The position numbers and the translations under genes were made by a program. Positions 35,678 through 44,901 of a stretch of DNA of 64,000 nucleotides are shown here, one piece after another. Under the pieces are notes generated by a model. The model was not told the origin of the DNA. It did not search any database and saw only the letters and a program-made list of their open reading frames with translations. Numbering within the stretch: the stretch's first letter is position 1; every line of letters starts with the position of its first letter. The stretch is taken from NCBI GenBank assembly GCA_034667725.1, contig JAXDQS010000003.1, positions 416,001-480,000 on the forward strand, in the 5' to 3' direction. The DNA is from Thermoplasmata archaeon. Lineage in GTDB: Archaea; Thermoplasmatota; E2; JACPAO01; JAHFTW01.

Positions 35678-36298
35678 CTAAGGATCCGGCGCCTCGGCCT
35701 GCATCCCCAGCCCGAACCGTAGCCCCACCTCGATCTCCAGGAGGTCGAACCGCCGGTCGAGCTTGCGCATCAGGTCCAGCACGGCCTTGGCGTACTTCTT
35801 GCGGTCGCGGTGGATGGCCGGCGCGTCCTCGTCGTCGGGCAGGAACTCGGGGGCCGCCAGGCTCGCGATGGTGGGGATGCCGGGGGCCCATTGCACGAGG
35901 TCGCCGCGGCCGCCGCGCGAGTGGCCGTGCTCGTCCGGCTTGGTGAGGTACTCGTAGAGCGGGTGCGACAGCAGGAGGTCGTCGAGCTCGGCGTGGCTGA
36001 CGTTGCGCGCCATCCAGTCGGCCACGAGGTCCTCGGGCACGAGCCAGCCGTCGTCGTCGGGGCAGTCCACGATCAGGAGGCGCTCGTCCTCGGAGCCGGC
36101 GAGGGACTCCTTGCGGAAGCCGCGTTGGGGGATGACGCGGCAGATGGTGCCGCCGCCCTCGAACTCGAACGGGAGGTCGCGGTCGTCCCAGAACGGCTCG
36201 CGGGCCACGAGCTGGAGCGGGCCGGCGCCTTGGCAGAGCGGGTGCGACAGGAGGGCAACGAGGTGGTCCCAGGGGCCGGCGGCGCGTGGCGGCATCAT
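35678..36298 (-). CDS. Hypothetical protein (206 aa)
   Basis: Coding-like acidic ORF with ATGA overlap to the upstream amidohydrolase; LLSHPL occurs twice. Confidence 0.65.
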   Translation of the reverse strand: MMPPRAAGPWDHLVALLSHPLCQGAGPLQLVAREPFWDDRDLPFEFEGGGTICRVIPQRGFRKESLAGSEDERLLIVDCPDDDGWLVPEDLVADWMARNVSHAELDDLLLSHPLYEYLTKPDEHGHSRGGRGDLVQWAPGIPTIASLAAPEFLPDDEDAPAIHRDRKKYAKAVLDLMRKLDRRFDLLEIEVGLRFGLGMQAEAPDP

Positions 36299-37329
36299 GG
36301 CCCCTCCACCACGAACCCGGGCTTGCCCGTGCCCAGCGGCTGCCAGGGCGTCTCCGGAAGGACGACGAGGTCGAGGCTGGCGCCCTTCTTGGGCGGCCAG
36401 GCGGCCGGCAGCCCGGCAACACGGCGGGCGTTCCAGGTCGCCATCCGCAGCAGGTCCGCGACGGCGAGCTTCGGGTGCCAGGCTTGCAGCTGCGCCAACT
36501 CCATCCAGAGGTTGCCGTCGTGGAGCATGCCGTTGTCGGTCCCGACGGCGAGCGCGAGGCCGGCGTCCAGCATGGCGGGCACGGGGGTCTTGATGCCGTA
36601 CCAGGCGTTGCTGCGCGGGCACACCACCACCGGGACGTCGGCGTCGGCGGTGGCGCCCCATTCGCGCGGCGTCGCCCGCGTCATGTGCACCAGGAACGCC
36701 GGGTCGAGCGCCAGGATGTGCCCCAGCGGCTCCGGGCGGGCCTCGCTGGCGTGCAGCGCGAACGGCTTGCCGGCGCGGTGGGCCGCCTCCGACCACGCCT
36801 CCACGTCGCCCGGGTCGGCGAAGTCGCGCAGCGCCGACAGCCCGATGCCGTCGCACGCCGCCGCCAGCTCCTTGGCCTCGGCGTCGTCGAAGCCGGGCTC
36901 GCGCGGCCGGCCGAACACGCGCACCGGCACGCCGAGCTCGTCCGCGAGGCCGCGCAGCAGCGCCACGCCCGCCATGCCGCCCTCGCGGAAGTCGAGGACG
37001 GCGGCGGTGCCGATGGCGGCCATCTCGTCGGTGTAGGCCTGGATGCCGGCCGCGACCTCCTCGGGGCGGGCGCGGGCCAGCTCGCGTTGCTTCCAGCCGC
37101 CGGGCCCGACCAGCTCGTGGACGGTGCGCGGCTTGCCGGGCCGGGTGCGCAGGCAGGCGTCCGCGACGTGGGTGTGCGCGTTGACGGGCGCCGGCACGAT
37201 CCAGCCGCGCGCGTCCGGCTTGCCGTCTGGCTTGCCTTCGCCCCACGCCACCGCGCGGCCGCCGTCGGCCTCCAGCCAGCCCTCGAGGACTTCGTCCTGG
37301 AGGAGGATCCGGCCGGCGAACAGCGCCAC
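36295..37329 (-). CDS. Amidohydrolase (nucleoside/cytosine deaminase-like)
   Basis: NAHTH, HASE, VHMT, CPRSN and GTDN motifs. Confidence 0.85.
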   Translation of the reverse strand: MALFAGRILLQDEVLEGWLEADGGRAVAWGEGKPDGKPDARGWIVPAPVNAHTHVADACLRTRPGKPRTVHELVGPGGWKQRELARARPEEVAAGIQAYTDEMAAIGTAAVLDFREGGMAGVALLRGLADELGVPVRVFGRPREPGFDDAEAKELAAACDGIGLSALRDFADPGDVEAWSEAAHRAGKPFALHASEARPEPLGHILALDPAFLVHMTRATPREWGATADADVPVVVCPRSNAWYGIKTPVPAMLDAGLALAVGTDNGMLHDGNLWMELAQLQAWHPKLAVADLLRMATWNARRVAGLPAAWPPKKGASLDLVVLPETPWQPLGTGKPGFVVEGP

Positions 37330-37386
37330 GCCGCACGCATGGGCCGGCCCGGCAAAGCCTTGATGGGCGGCCCGGTGGCGAGCGCG

Positions 37387-38877
37387 ATGGGGCCCGGGGT
37401 CGTGCTGGCGGTGGACGAAGGCACGACCGGCGTCACCGCCTTGGTGCTGGACGCCGCCGGCGGCGTCGTGGGCCGCGCCTACCGCGAGGTCGGGCAGGCG
37501 TACCCGCGGCCGGGCTGGGTCGAGCAGGACGCGGCGGCCATGCTGGAGGCGGTCGTGTGGACCGGCCGCGCCGCCCTGCGCACCGCCAAGGCCGAGCCGC
37601 GCGACGTCGTGGCCGTGGGCCTTGCCAACCAGCGCGAGACGACGGTGCTGTGGGACCGCGACACCGGCGCCCCCGCGGCCCCCGCCATCGTGTGGCAGGA
37701 CCGCCGCACGGCCCCGCGCTGCGCCGACCTGCGGCCGCAATGGGCGGCCAAGATTCGTCGCCGCACCGGCCTCGTCCTGGACCCGTACTTCTCCGCCACC
37801 AAGCTGGAATGGCTGCTGCGCGACGGGCCCGGCAACGACCGGCTGCTCCAGAAGGCGCGTGAAGGGCGGCTCGCGGCCGGCACCGTGGACGCCTGGCTGC
37901 TGCACCAGCTCACGGGCCAGCACGCCACCGACCCGACCAACGCCAGCCGCACCATGCTGTGGGACATCCACAAGGGCGCCTGGGACGATGAGCTGCTGGA
38001 GCTGTTCGGCGTGCCGGAGCGGCTGCTGCCCGAGGTGCGGCCATCCAGCGGCGACTTCGGCACCACCGAGGCGTTCGGCCACCCAATGCCCGTCCTGGGC
38101 GTCGCGGGCGACCAGCAGGCGGCGCTGTTCGGGCAGGCCTGCACCAAAGCCGGCGAGGCAAAGTCCACCTACGGCACCGGCTGCTTCCTCCTCCAGCACA
38201 CGGGCGGCGACGCCATCCGAAGCCGCCACGGCCTCCTCACCACCCGCGCCGCCTCCACCGGCCGCGCCGCCCAGTTCGCCCTCGAAGGCAGCGTGTTCTC
38301 CGCCGGCAGCGCCATCCAATGGCTGCGCGACCAGCTTGCCCTCCTGCGCGCCGCCCCCGAAGCCGACGCGCTGGCCGAGCAGGTCCCCGACGCCGGCGGC
38401 GTCATGGTCGTGCCCGCCTTCACCGGCCTGGGCGCGCCCCATTGGGACCCCGACGCCCGCGGCGCCGTCCTTGGCCTCAGCCGCGGCTCCGACCGCCGCC
38501 ACCTCGCCCGCGCCGTGCTGGAGGCCATCGCGTTCCAGGCCACCGAGGTCATGGCCGCCATGCAGAAGGACTCTCAGCTCCCGATCCCCCGCCTGCGCGT
38601 CGACGGCGGCGCCGCCCAAAGCGCCCCGATGCTCCAGTTCCAGGCCGACCTGCTGCAACGCCCCGTCGTCCGCCCCGCCAACCTGGAGACCACCGCCATG
38701 GGCGCCGCCTGCCTCGCCGGCCTGGCCGCCGGCGCGTGGAAGCTCGCCGACCTCCGGAAGCCGCGCGCCGGCGACGCCGTCGTCGCGCCCACGATGGCCG
38801 CCGCGGCCGCGAAGCGCCGCATGGCCCAGTGGCGCAAGGCGGTCGCGGCGGTGCGGGCGTACGGGGCGGGCGCATGA
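37387..38877 (+). CDS. glpK: Glycerol kinase
   Basis: DEGTT, NQRETT, WQDRRT, DPYFSATK, TNASRT, GDQQAALFGQ, KSTYGTGCF and GAPHWD motifs. Confidence 0.93.
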   Translation: MGPGVVLAVDEGTTGVTALVLDAAGGVVGRAYREVGQAYPRPGWVEQDAAAMLEAVVWTGRAALRTAKAEPRDVVAVGLANQRETTVLWDRDTGAPAAPAIVWQDRRTAPRCADLRPQWAAKIRRRTGLVLDPYFSATKLEWLLRDGPGNDRLLQKAREGRLAAGTVDAWLLHQLTGQHATDPTNASRTMLWDIHKGAWDDELLELFGVPERLLPEVRPSSGDFGTTEAFGHPMPVLGVAGDQQAALFGQACTKAGEAKSTYGTGCFLLQHTGGDAIRSRHGLLTTRAASTGRAAQFALEGSVFSAGSAIQWLRDQLALLRAAPEADALAEQVPDAGGVMVVPAFTGLGAPHWDPDARGAVLGLSRGSDRRHLARAVLEAIAFQATEVMAAMQKDSQLPIPRLRVDGGAAQSAPMLQFQADLLQRPVVRPANLETTAMGAACLAGLAAGAWKLADLRKPRAGDAVVAPTMAAAAAKRRMAQWRKAVAAVRAYGAGA

Positions 38878-39467
38878 GCGGCCGGCGCCGCGCCATCGCG
38901 ACTTTGTGGACCCTGTTCGCCCTGCTGTGGGTGGCGATGGCCATCGCGCCGCTCGACCGCGGCGACTGGCTGCTGGAGAACCTGCTGGTGTTCCTCGGCG
39001 TGCCCGCCTTCTGGCTGCTGCACCGCCGCGTCCCGTTGTCGCTCGGGTCGCACGCCTTGGTCGTGGCCTTCCTGTCGCTGCACGTCGTCGGCGCGCACTG
39101 GAGCTACGCCCGGGTGCCCATCGATTGGGCCGCCCTCGGCTTCGAGCGCAACCACTACGACCGCGTCGTCCACTTCGCCTACGGCCTGCTGCTGGCGCCG
39201 CCCATCCTGGAATGGCTGGAGCGCACCGGCCGGGGCAAAGGCCTCTGGGGCGCCGGCCTCGCCGTGCAGGCCATCCTGGCCTCGTCGGCCCTCTACGAGA
39301 TCGTCGAGTGGCTCACCGCGATCGTCGTCGCCCCCGACCTGGGCGCGGCCTTCCTCGGCACCCAAGGCGACGAGTTCGACGCCGTCACCGACATGGCGCT
39401 GGCCGGGCTGGGCGCCGTGGTGGCGATGGGGGCGTGGGTGGTGGCAAGGCGCGTCAGGTCGCCTTGA
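38874..39467 (+). CDS. DUF2238/YjdF family membrane protein
   Basis: DWLLEN, RNHYDRVVHF, YEIVEW and FLGTQGD motifs. Confidence 0.85.
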   Translation: MSGRRRAIATLWTLFALLWVAMAIAPLDRGDWLLENLLVFLGVPAFWLLHRRVPLSLGSHALVVAFLSLHVVGAHWSYARVPIDWAALGFERNHYDRVVHFAYGLLLAPPILEWLERTGRGKGLWGAGLAVQAILASSALYEIVEWLTAIVVAPDLGAAFLGTQGDEFDAVTDMALAGLGAVVAMGAWVVARRVRSP

Positions 39468-39837
39468 CGACCATCGCCATGCCCGAAGTCATCGTGCCAT
39501 GGAAACGGCACCAGACATGGTAGGTCCCGGCGGTCGCGAAGGTGAAGGAGGTGTCGCTGCCCACCTCTACCGTCTGGTTCAGCTTGGTCACCTCGATCGG
39601 GTCGCCCACCCAGTGGATGGTGACGGTGTGGCGGCGCGCGCCCTCGTTGTCGAAGCGGACCAGCGTCCCCTTGGCGACGTCCAGGGTGGTCGGGTCGAAC
39701 ATGTTGTCGCGCAGCGCCACCTCGTCCGCGTCCTGGGCGCCGGTGGTCGGCGTCGTGGAGGTGGACTTGTTGCCGTCGTTCGCCATGCAGCCGGAAAGCA
39801 GGAGCGCCACGGCCAAGCTGGCCAGGAGGACTTTCAT
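39454..39837 (-). CDS. Cupredoxin (halocyanin/plastocyanin-like) lipoprotein
   Basis: LLSGC lipobox; type-1 Cu ligands HTV ... CRFH..GM. Confidence 0.9.
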   Translation of the reverse strand: MKVLLASLAVALLLSGCMANDGNKSTSTTPTTGAQDADEVALRDNMFDPTTLDVAKGTLVRFDNEGARRHTVTIHWVGDPIEVTKLNQTVEVGSDTSFTFATAGTYHVWCRFHGTMTSGMAMVVKAT

Positions 39838-39893
39838 GCGTCGGCCAGGAAGAAAGCGGGTTTGACGGTGTTGCTGGCGGCAAACGGCGAAGG

Positions 39894-40099
39894 GTGTCCA
39901 GTCGGGGCGCGCGACGGGCACCGATTTCCCCAGATTCGGAAGATTCCCACAGAACTCTGTGGAATCTGTGTCCAGCCGGCGGCCCGCGACGAGCACTGAT
40001 TTCCTCAGATTGGGAAGATTCCCACAGAACTCTGTGGAATCTGTGTCCAGTGGGCGTTCACCCACCATCTACCGAACCCACCCAAGACACCGAGCGTCT
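39894..40099 (-). repeat. REP/BIME-like hairpin repeat cluster B
   Basis: Two near-identical units (39913-39965, 39988-40050), plus a flanking CTCGGTGTC...GGTTC module shared with cluster C. Confidence 0.85.
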
Positions 40100-40111
40100 G
40101 GTTGCTCCGAC

Positions 40112-41473
40112 TTACGCCTTGCTGGCCTTGAGCGCCTCGCCCAGCACGTCCATGGCGCCGTCGACCTGCTCGCGGTTGACGTTGAGGCTCGGGATGACGC
40201 GCAGGCTCGACTTGCCGCACGCCAACAAGATCAAACCGCGCTTCCAGGCGGCCTGCTCGACGGCGTCGCGGACCTTGGGGTCGGGCACGCGGCCCTTGCC
40301 CACGAACTCGAACGCGCGCATGAGCCCGAGGCCGCGGTGGTCGCCGATGGCCTTGTGGCCGTCCCGCAGCTCGTCCATGCGCTTCTGGAGATGCACACCC
40401 ATCTTGGCCGCGTTCTCGACGAGACGCTCGTCCTGCAGCACGTCGAGGGTGGCGAGGCTGGCGGCGCAGCCGACGAGGTTGCCGCCGTAGGTGTTGGAGT
40501 GCTTGCCCTTCTCGCGGAAGTCGAGGTCCTTGCGGACGGCGCAGGCGCCGATGGGGAAGCCGGAGCCCATCGCCTTGGCCATCGCCACGATGTCGGCGCG
40601 GATGCCGAAATGCTCGGTGGCGAACCACTTGCCGGTGCGGCCGAAGCCGGTCTGGACCTCGTCGGCGGCCAGCAGGATGCCGTGCTCGTCGCACAGCTTG
40701 CGGAGCATGACGGGGAACTGCTTGGGGGGGACGACGTAGCCGCCCTCGCCTTGGACGGGCTCCCAGAAGACGGCGGCGGTGTCGTGCGGCGGCATCAGGG
40801 TCTCGAACAGCACCTCGATCGACTCGATGGCGCGGTTGGCCAGCTCCTCGGGCTCCTCGTAGCCGTCGATGTGCCAGATGTTGCGGAACGGGTTGGGGAA
40901 CGGCGCGTGGAACACGCCGGGCATGGTGGGGAAGAAGCCCTCCTTGTGCCGGATCTTGGAGGCGGTCAGGGACAGGGCGCCTTGGGTGCGGCCGTGGAAC
41001 GCGCCGATGAACGCCAAGAACAGGGGGCGGCCGCCGTGGTGCTTGGCGACCTTGATGGCGGCCTCGTTGGCCTCGGTGCCGGACTGGCAGAAGAACACCT
41101 TGGACTCGCCCTCGATGGGCACGATGCCGGACAGGCGCTCGGCGAGGCGGGCCTGCTCCTCGTAGTAGAAGTCGGTGCCCGCGAAGTGCATCAAGCGCGC
41201 CGCCTGGTCCTGCACGGCCTGGACCACGCGCGGGTGGCAATGGCCGGTGTTCAGGACCCCGATGCCGGAGGCGAAGTCCAGGAGGATGTTGCCGTCGGCG
41301 TCCTCGACCACGACGCCGCGGCCCGTGACGGCCGTGACGGGGGCGGTCTTGGTCGTGGTGACGAGGTAACGGTCGTCGCGCTCGACGATGGCCCGCGTCT
41401 TCGGGCCCGGCAGCTCCGTCACGAGCTGCGGCCGCGTCTCCTTCCCGGTGATGCGGGTCTGCGCCACCTGCAT
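40112..41473 (-). CDS. Class III PLP aminotransferase (4-aminobutyrate/acetylornithine aminotransferase family)
   Basis: SGTEANEAA, FHGRT, EPVQGEGG, DEVQTGFGRTG, AKAM and HSNTYGGN motifs. Confidence 0.92.
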   Translation of the reverse strand: MQVAQTRITGKETRPQLVTELPGPKTRAIVERDDRYLVTTTKTAPVTAVTGRGVVVEDADGNILLDFASGIGVLNTGHCHPRVVQAVQDQAARLMHFAGTDFYYEEQARLAERLSGIVPIEGESKVFFCQSGTEANEAAIKVAKHHGGRPLFLAFIGAFHGRTQGALSLTASKIRHKEGFFPTMPGVFHAPFPNPFRNIWHIDGYEEPEELANRAIESIEVLFETLMPPHDTAAVFWEPVQGEGGYVVPPKQFPVMLRKLCDEHGILLAADEVQTGFGRTGKWFATEHFGIRADIVAMAKAMGSGFPIGACAVRKDLDFREKGKHSNTYGGNLVGCAASLATLDVLQDERLVENAAKMGVHLQKRMDELRDGHKAIGDHRGLGLMRAFEFVGKGRVPDPKVRDAVEQAAWKRGLILLACGKSSLRVIPSLNVNREQVDGAMDVLGEALKASKA

Positions 41474-41579
41474 TGCGTTGCCCAGATGGGGCTTGAGGGA
41501 AAAGCCGTGCCGGTTGGTGGCAGGCCGGCCGCCGGCCGCCCAGTCAGCCTCATCAAGCACCCGAAGGTCGCGCCCTCCG

Positions 41580-43409
41580 ATGCCGGACAAGACCGACCTC
41601 GTGATGGAGCTCGCCAAGCGCCGCGGCTTCCTGTGGCCTGCCTACGAGGTGTACGGCGGCGCCGCCGGCTTCTACGACTACGGCCCCCTCGGCGCCACCA
41701 TGAAGAAGCGCTTCGAGGACCTGTGGCGCCACGTCTTCGTCCGCACCGAGGCGACCCCGATGGCGGAGATCTTCTGCCCACGCGTGACGCCGGAGGAGGT
41801 CCTGGTCGCCTCCGGGCACGTCGCCGAGTTCACCGACATGGTGGTCAAGTGCGCCAAGGGCCACCCGTCGCGCGCCGACCACCTCGTCGCCGCCGCCGGC
41901 TACGTGGGCAACGCGGGCGTCCTCAAGGGCCCCGAGCTGGACGCCGAGCTGGCCCGCCTGAAGGCCAAGTGCCCGACGTGCGGCGAGACCAAGTTCTCCC
42001 CGGCGGCGCGCCAGAACCTGATGAACCAGACCGAGATCGGCCCCGGCTCCGGCCGCGTCGGCTACCTGCGCCCCGAGACGGCGCAAGGCATCTTCGTGGA
42101 CTTCCCGCTCTTGTTCCGGCACTTCCGCGAGCGGTTGCCGTTCGGCGTCGTGCAGCTCGGGGGCAGCAACCGCAACGAGATCTCCCCGCGCCAGGGGATG
42201 CTGCGCCTGCGCGAGTTCTCGATGATGGAGGCCGAGGTGTTCTACGACCCTGGCGCCAAGACCCATCCCCGCTTCCACGAGGTCGCCGGCCGCACCGCCA
42301 CCTTCGTGCCCCAGACGGACGAGAAGCCGCGCGAGGTCAGCTTCGGCGAGGCCGTGTCGTCCAAGATGGTCAACAACGAGGCGCTGGCCTACTGGCTGGC
42401 CCGCACCCAGGAGTTCCTGGTGGCCGCCGGCCTCGACCCCAAGCGGCTGCACTTCCGCCAGCACCTCAAGGACGAGATGGCCCACTACGCGGCCGACTGC
42501 TGGGACGCCGAGTTCCACTCCGAACGCTACGGCTGGGTCGAGTGCGTCGGGGTCGCCGACCGCGGCAGCTACGACCTGTCGCAGCACGCCAAGCATTCCG
42601 GCAAGGACGAGAAGCATCCCGCCACCGGCGAGACCGTCCGCAAGCCCAACGCCGAGTTCCTGCGCTACGTCGCCCCGCAGGCTCCCGTCACGCTCGCCAC
42701 CACCCACTTCGCGCCGTCGAAGAAGTTCTTCCCGACCTTGAAGCAGAAGGCGAAGGCCGCCGAGTGGGCGATGCAGGACGCCTCGCCGTACGCCAAGGAG
42801 GCCGCCCAGCGGGGGCTCGCAGGTCCTTGGGCCGAGCGCCACGAGCGCTACCTCCTGACCGAGAAGGAGACGGGCCGCGTCGCCGCCACCCAACCGCTCA
42901 CGCTCACGGTGCAAGGCGAGCAGGTCGAGGTGCCCGCCGAATGCCACGACGTCGTGACCCTGGAGGCGACCATCCAAGGCCGCCGCGTCATCCCCTGCGT
43001 CATCGAGCCCAGCTTCGGGGTGGACCGGATCCTGTACGCCATCTGGGAGCACGCCCTGGAGGCCGGCGAGAAGAACGGCGAGGCCTACACCCGGCTCCGG
43101 TTGAGCCCCAAGGTCGCCCCGATCCAGGTCGCGGTGCTGCCGCTCACCGGCAAGGACGGCCTGCCCGAGCGCGCCGCCGAGGTCGAATGGAGCCTGCGCC
43201 AGGCCGGCTTCCTCACCGATCTGGACGAGTCGGGCAGCATCGGCCGGCGCTACGCCCGCCAGGACGAGGTCGGCACGCCGTTCTGCGTCACCGTGGACAA
43301 CGAGACGCTGGGCGACGGCGCCGCGACGGTGCGGGAGCGCGACACGGGCGCGCAGGTGCGGGTGCCGCTGGGGAAGCTGGCGGCCGAGCTGCGCTCTCGC
43401 CTCAGCTAG
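41580..43409 (+). CDS. glyS: Glycine--tRNA ligase, archaeal/eukaryotic alpha2 type
   Basis: RRGF, YDYGPLG, YLRPETAQG, RNEISPR, EMAHYA, GVADR, IEPSFG and SIGRRYARQDEVGTPF motifs. Confidence 0.96.
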   Translation: MPDKTDLVMELAKRRGFLWPAYEVYGGAAGFYDYGPLGATMKKRFEDLWRHVFVRTEATPMAEIFCPRVTPEEVLVASGHVAEFTDMVVKCAKGHPSRADHLVAAAGYVGNAGVLKGPELDAELARLKAKCPTCGETKFSPAARQNLMNQTEIGPGSGRVGYLRPETAQGIFVDFPLLFRHFRERLPFGVVQLGGSNRNEISPRQGMLRLREFSMMEAEVFYDPGAKTHPRFHEVAGRTATFVPQTDEKPREVSFGEAVSSKMVNNEALAYWLARTQEFLVAAGLDPKRLHFRQHLKDEMAHYAADCWDAEFHSERYGWVECVGVADRGSYDLSQHAKHSGKDEKHPATGETVRKPNAEFLRYVAPQAPVTLATTHFAPSKKFFPTLKQKAKAAEWAMQDASPYAKEAAQRGLAGPWAERHERYLLTEKETGRVAATQPLTLTVQGEQVEVPAECHDVVTLEATIQGRRVIPCVIEPSFGVDRILYAIWEHALEAGEKNGEAYTRLRLSPKVAPIQVAVLPLTGKDGLPERAAEVEWSLRQAGFLTDLDESGSIGRRYARQDEVGTPFCVTVDNETLGDGAATVRERDTGAQVRVPLGKLAAELRSRLS

Positions 43410-43410
43410 A

Positions 43411-43468
43411 CCACGGATCGCACGGATTCCACAGACCTTTGAATCCGTGCGATCCGTGGAATCCGTGG
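43411..43468 (+). repeat. Perfect 19-bp hairpin related to the repeat family, directly after the glyS stop
   Basis: CCACGGATCGCACGGATTC, 11-nt loop, GAATCCGTGCGATCCGTGG; contains GATTCCACAGA like the other clusters. Confidence 0.75.
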
Positions 43469-43541
43469 TTGGACGCGGCGAAGGCCGAAGGCCAGCCGCC
43501 GTCCGCCAAGTCCTTTCAACCCCTCCCCCCAATGCTTATCG

Positions 43542-44558
43542 ATGGACAACGCCGAGCTGGCGGCCCTCCTGGAAGGCTGGGCGGACGTGCAGGAGCAGAA
43601 CGGCTCCCGCGGCTACCGCACCCGGGCCTACCGCACCGCCGCCGGCCGCATCGCCACCTGGCCCGAGCCCCTCGAAGCCATGGCCAAGGCCGGCAAGGAC
43701 CTCCAAGTCATCCCGGGCGTGGGCCCCTCGATCGCGGCGCGCATCCACCAGGTGCTGGCCGCCGGCGGCTGGCCCGAGGTGCAGCAGGAGATGGCGGCGC
43801 CGAAGGCCGACCACGTCCGCCGCCCGGTGCGCACCGGGTTGTGGGCGGCCCTGAAGGGCGACCTGCACAGCCACACCAACGCCACCGACGGCCGCGACAC
43901 GATGCTCGCGATGGCGCGCGAGGCCGAGGCGCGCGGCTACGAGTACGTCGCCATCACCGACCACTCCAAGGACACCCGGGTCGCCGGCGGCCTATCGGAG
44001 GAGCGGATGAAGCTCCACCTGCAACGCATCCGGCGCCTCGACCAGGAGCTCGACGGCATCACCGTGCTCGCGGGCGCCGAGGTGGACATCTTGCGCGACG
44101 GCCGCCTCGACTACCCCGACGCGCTGCTGCAGGAGATGGACGTCGTGGTCTGCTCCGTCCACTTCCGCCACAAGCTCACGGGCCCCGAGCAGACGGCGCG
44201 CATCCTCGCCGGCATGGCCAACGACCACGCCGACATCCTCGGGCACCCCACCGGCCGCCGCGAAGGCCTCCGCCCCGGCATGGAGCTCGACCTGGAGCGC
44301 ATCACCGACGCAGCCGCCGACCAAGGCTGGGCCCTCGAGATGAACGGCAGCCCGGAGCGCATGGACCTTGATGCCGCCGGCGCCAAGCTATGCGCCGCCA
44401 AGGGCGTCCTCGTGAGCTGCGACTCCGACGCCCACAGCCTGCGCGAGTTCAACCAGTCCCGCAACGCCTGCCGCGAGGCCGAGCGCGCCGGCTTGACCCC
44501 GAAGCAAATCCTCAACACCCGCGGCCTGCGCGACCTGCGCAAGGCCCTGCGCAGCTGA
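43542..44558 (+). CDS. PolX N-terminal HhH domain fused directly to a PHP domain (no polymerase core)
   Basis: RAYRTAA and IPGVGPSIA, then GDLHSHT..DG, ITDHS, GAEVDI, GHPTGR, LEMNG and DSDAH. Only 338 aa. Confidence 0.85.
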   Translation: MDNAELAALLEGWADVQEQNGSRGYRTRAYRTAAGRIATWPEPLEAMAKAGKDLQVIPGVGPSIAARIHQVLAAGGWPEVQQEMAAPKADHVRRPVRTGLWAALKGDLHSHTNATDGRDTMLAMAREAEARGYEYVAITDHSKDTRVAGGLSEERMKLHLQRIRRLDQELDGITVLAGAEVDILRDGRLDYPDALLQEMDVVVCSVHFRHKLTGPEQTARILAGMANDHADILGHPTGRREGLRPGMELDLERITDAAADQGWALEMNGSPERMDLDAAGAKLCAAKGVLVSCDSDAHSLREFNQSRNACREAERAGLTPKQILNTRGLRDLRKALRS

Positions 44559-44628
44559 CCTCCCTTCCGGGGTTTGTCCCGCGCGCGCCCAAAAAGCAAA
44601 TCCCCCATGGTTCTGTGAATTCCATATC

Positions 44629-44901
44629 GTGAAGCGCGTCGTCGGCGTGCAATGCACGATGTGTGGCGTCCGCGGAGTCCTCGAAGGGCAAGAAGCCTGG
44701 GAGTTCACGCGATCCTATCCCGACGGCGCCTTCGTCTGGTGCGGCCGGCACGACTGCCCGGGAATCCTCGTGCCGTGGCCCTCCGAGCTGCCCGGCCGCG
44801 TGGCCTGGGAGCCCTCCCGGGACCAGCCCGGCGGCGGACCCGAGGTCCGCGCCGGGGCTGGCCCGGAGCCGGGCGGGCCTACGCGGCGGCGCCCGCCTTG
44901 A
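44629..44901 (+). CDS. Small putative Zn-ribbon protein
   Basis: CTMC ... CGRHDC; GTG start. Confidence 0.5.
   Translation: MKRVVGVQCTMCGVRGVLEGQEAWEFTRSYPDGAFVWCGRHDCPGILVPWPSELPGRVAWEPSRDQPGGGPEVRAGAGPEPGGPTRRRPP

Noticed and set aside
39838-40068. N-terminal peptide repeats (DTDSTEFCGNLPNL) on the cupredoxin and other ORFs
   Set aside because: These are translations of the non-coding DNA repeat. The real starts with lipobox signal peptides are downstream.
39959-44371. 1470-aa plus-strand ORF
   Set aside because: It starts inside a repeat, runs antisense to the aminotransferase and is out of frame with glyS and PolX-PHP; it is an Arg/Gly/Pro-rich artefact.
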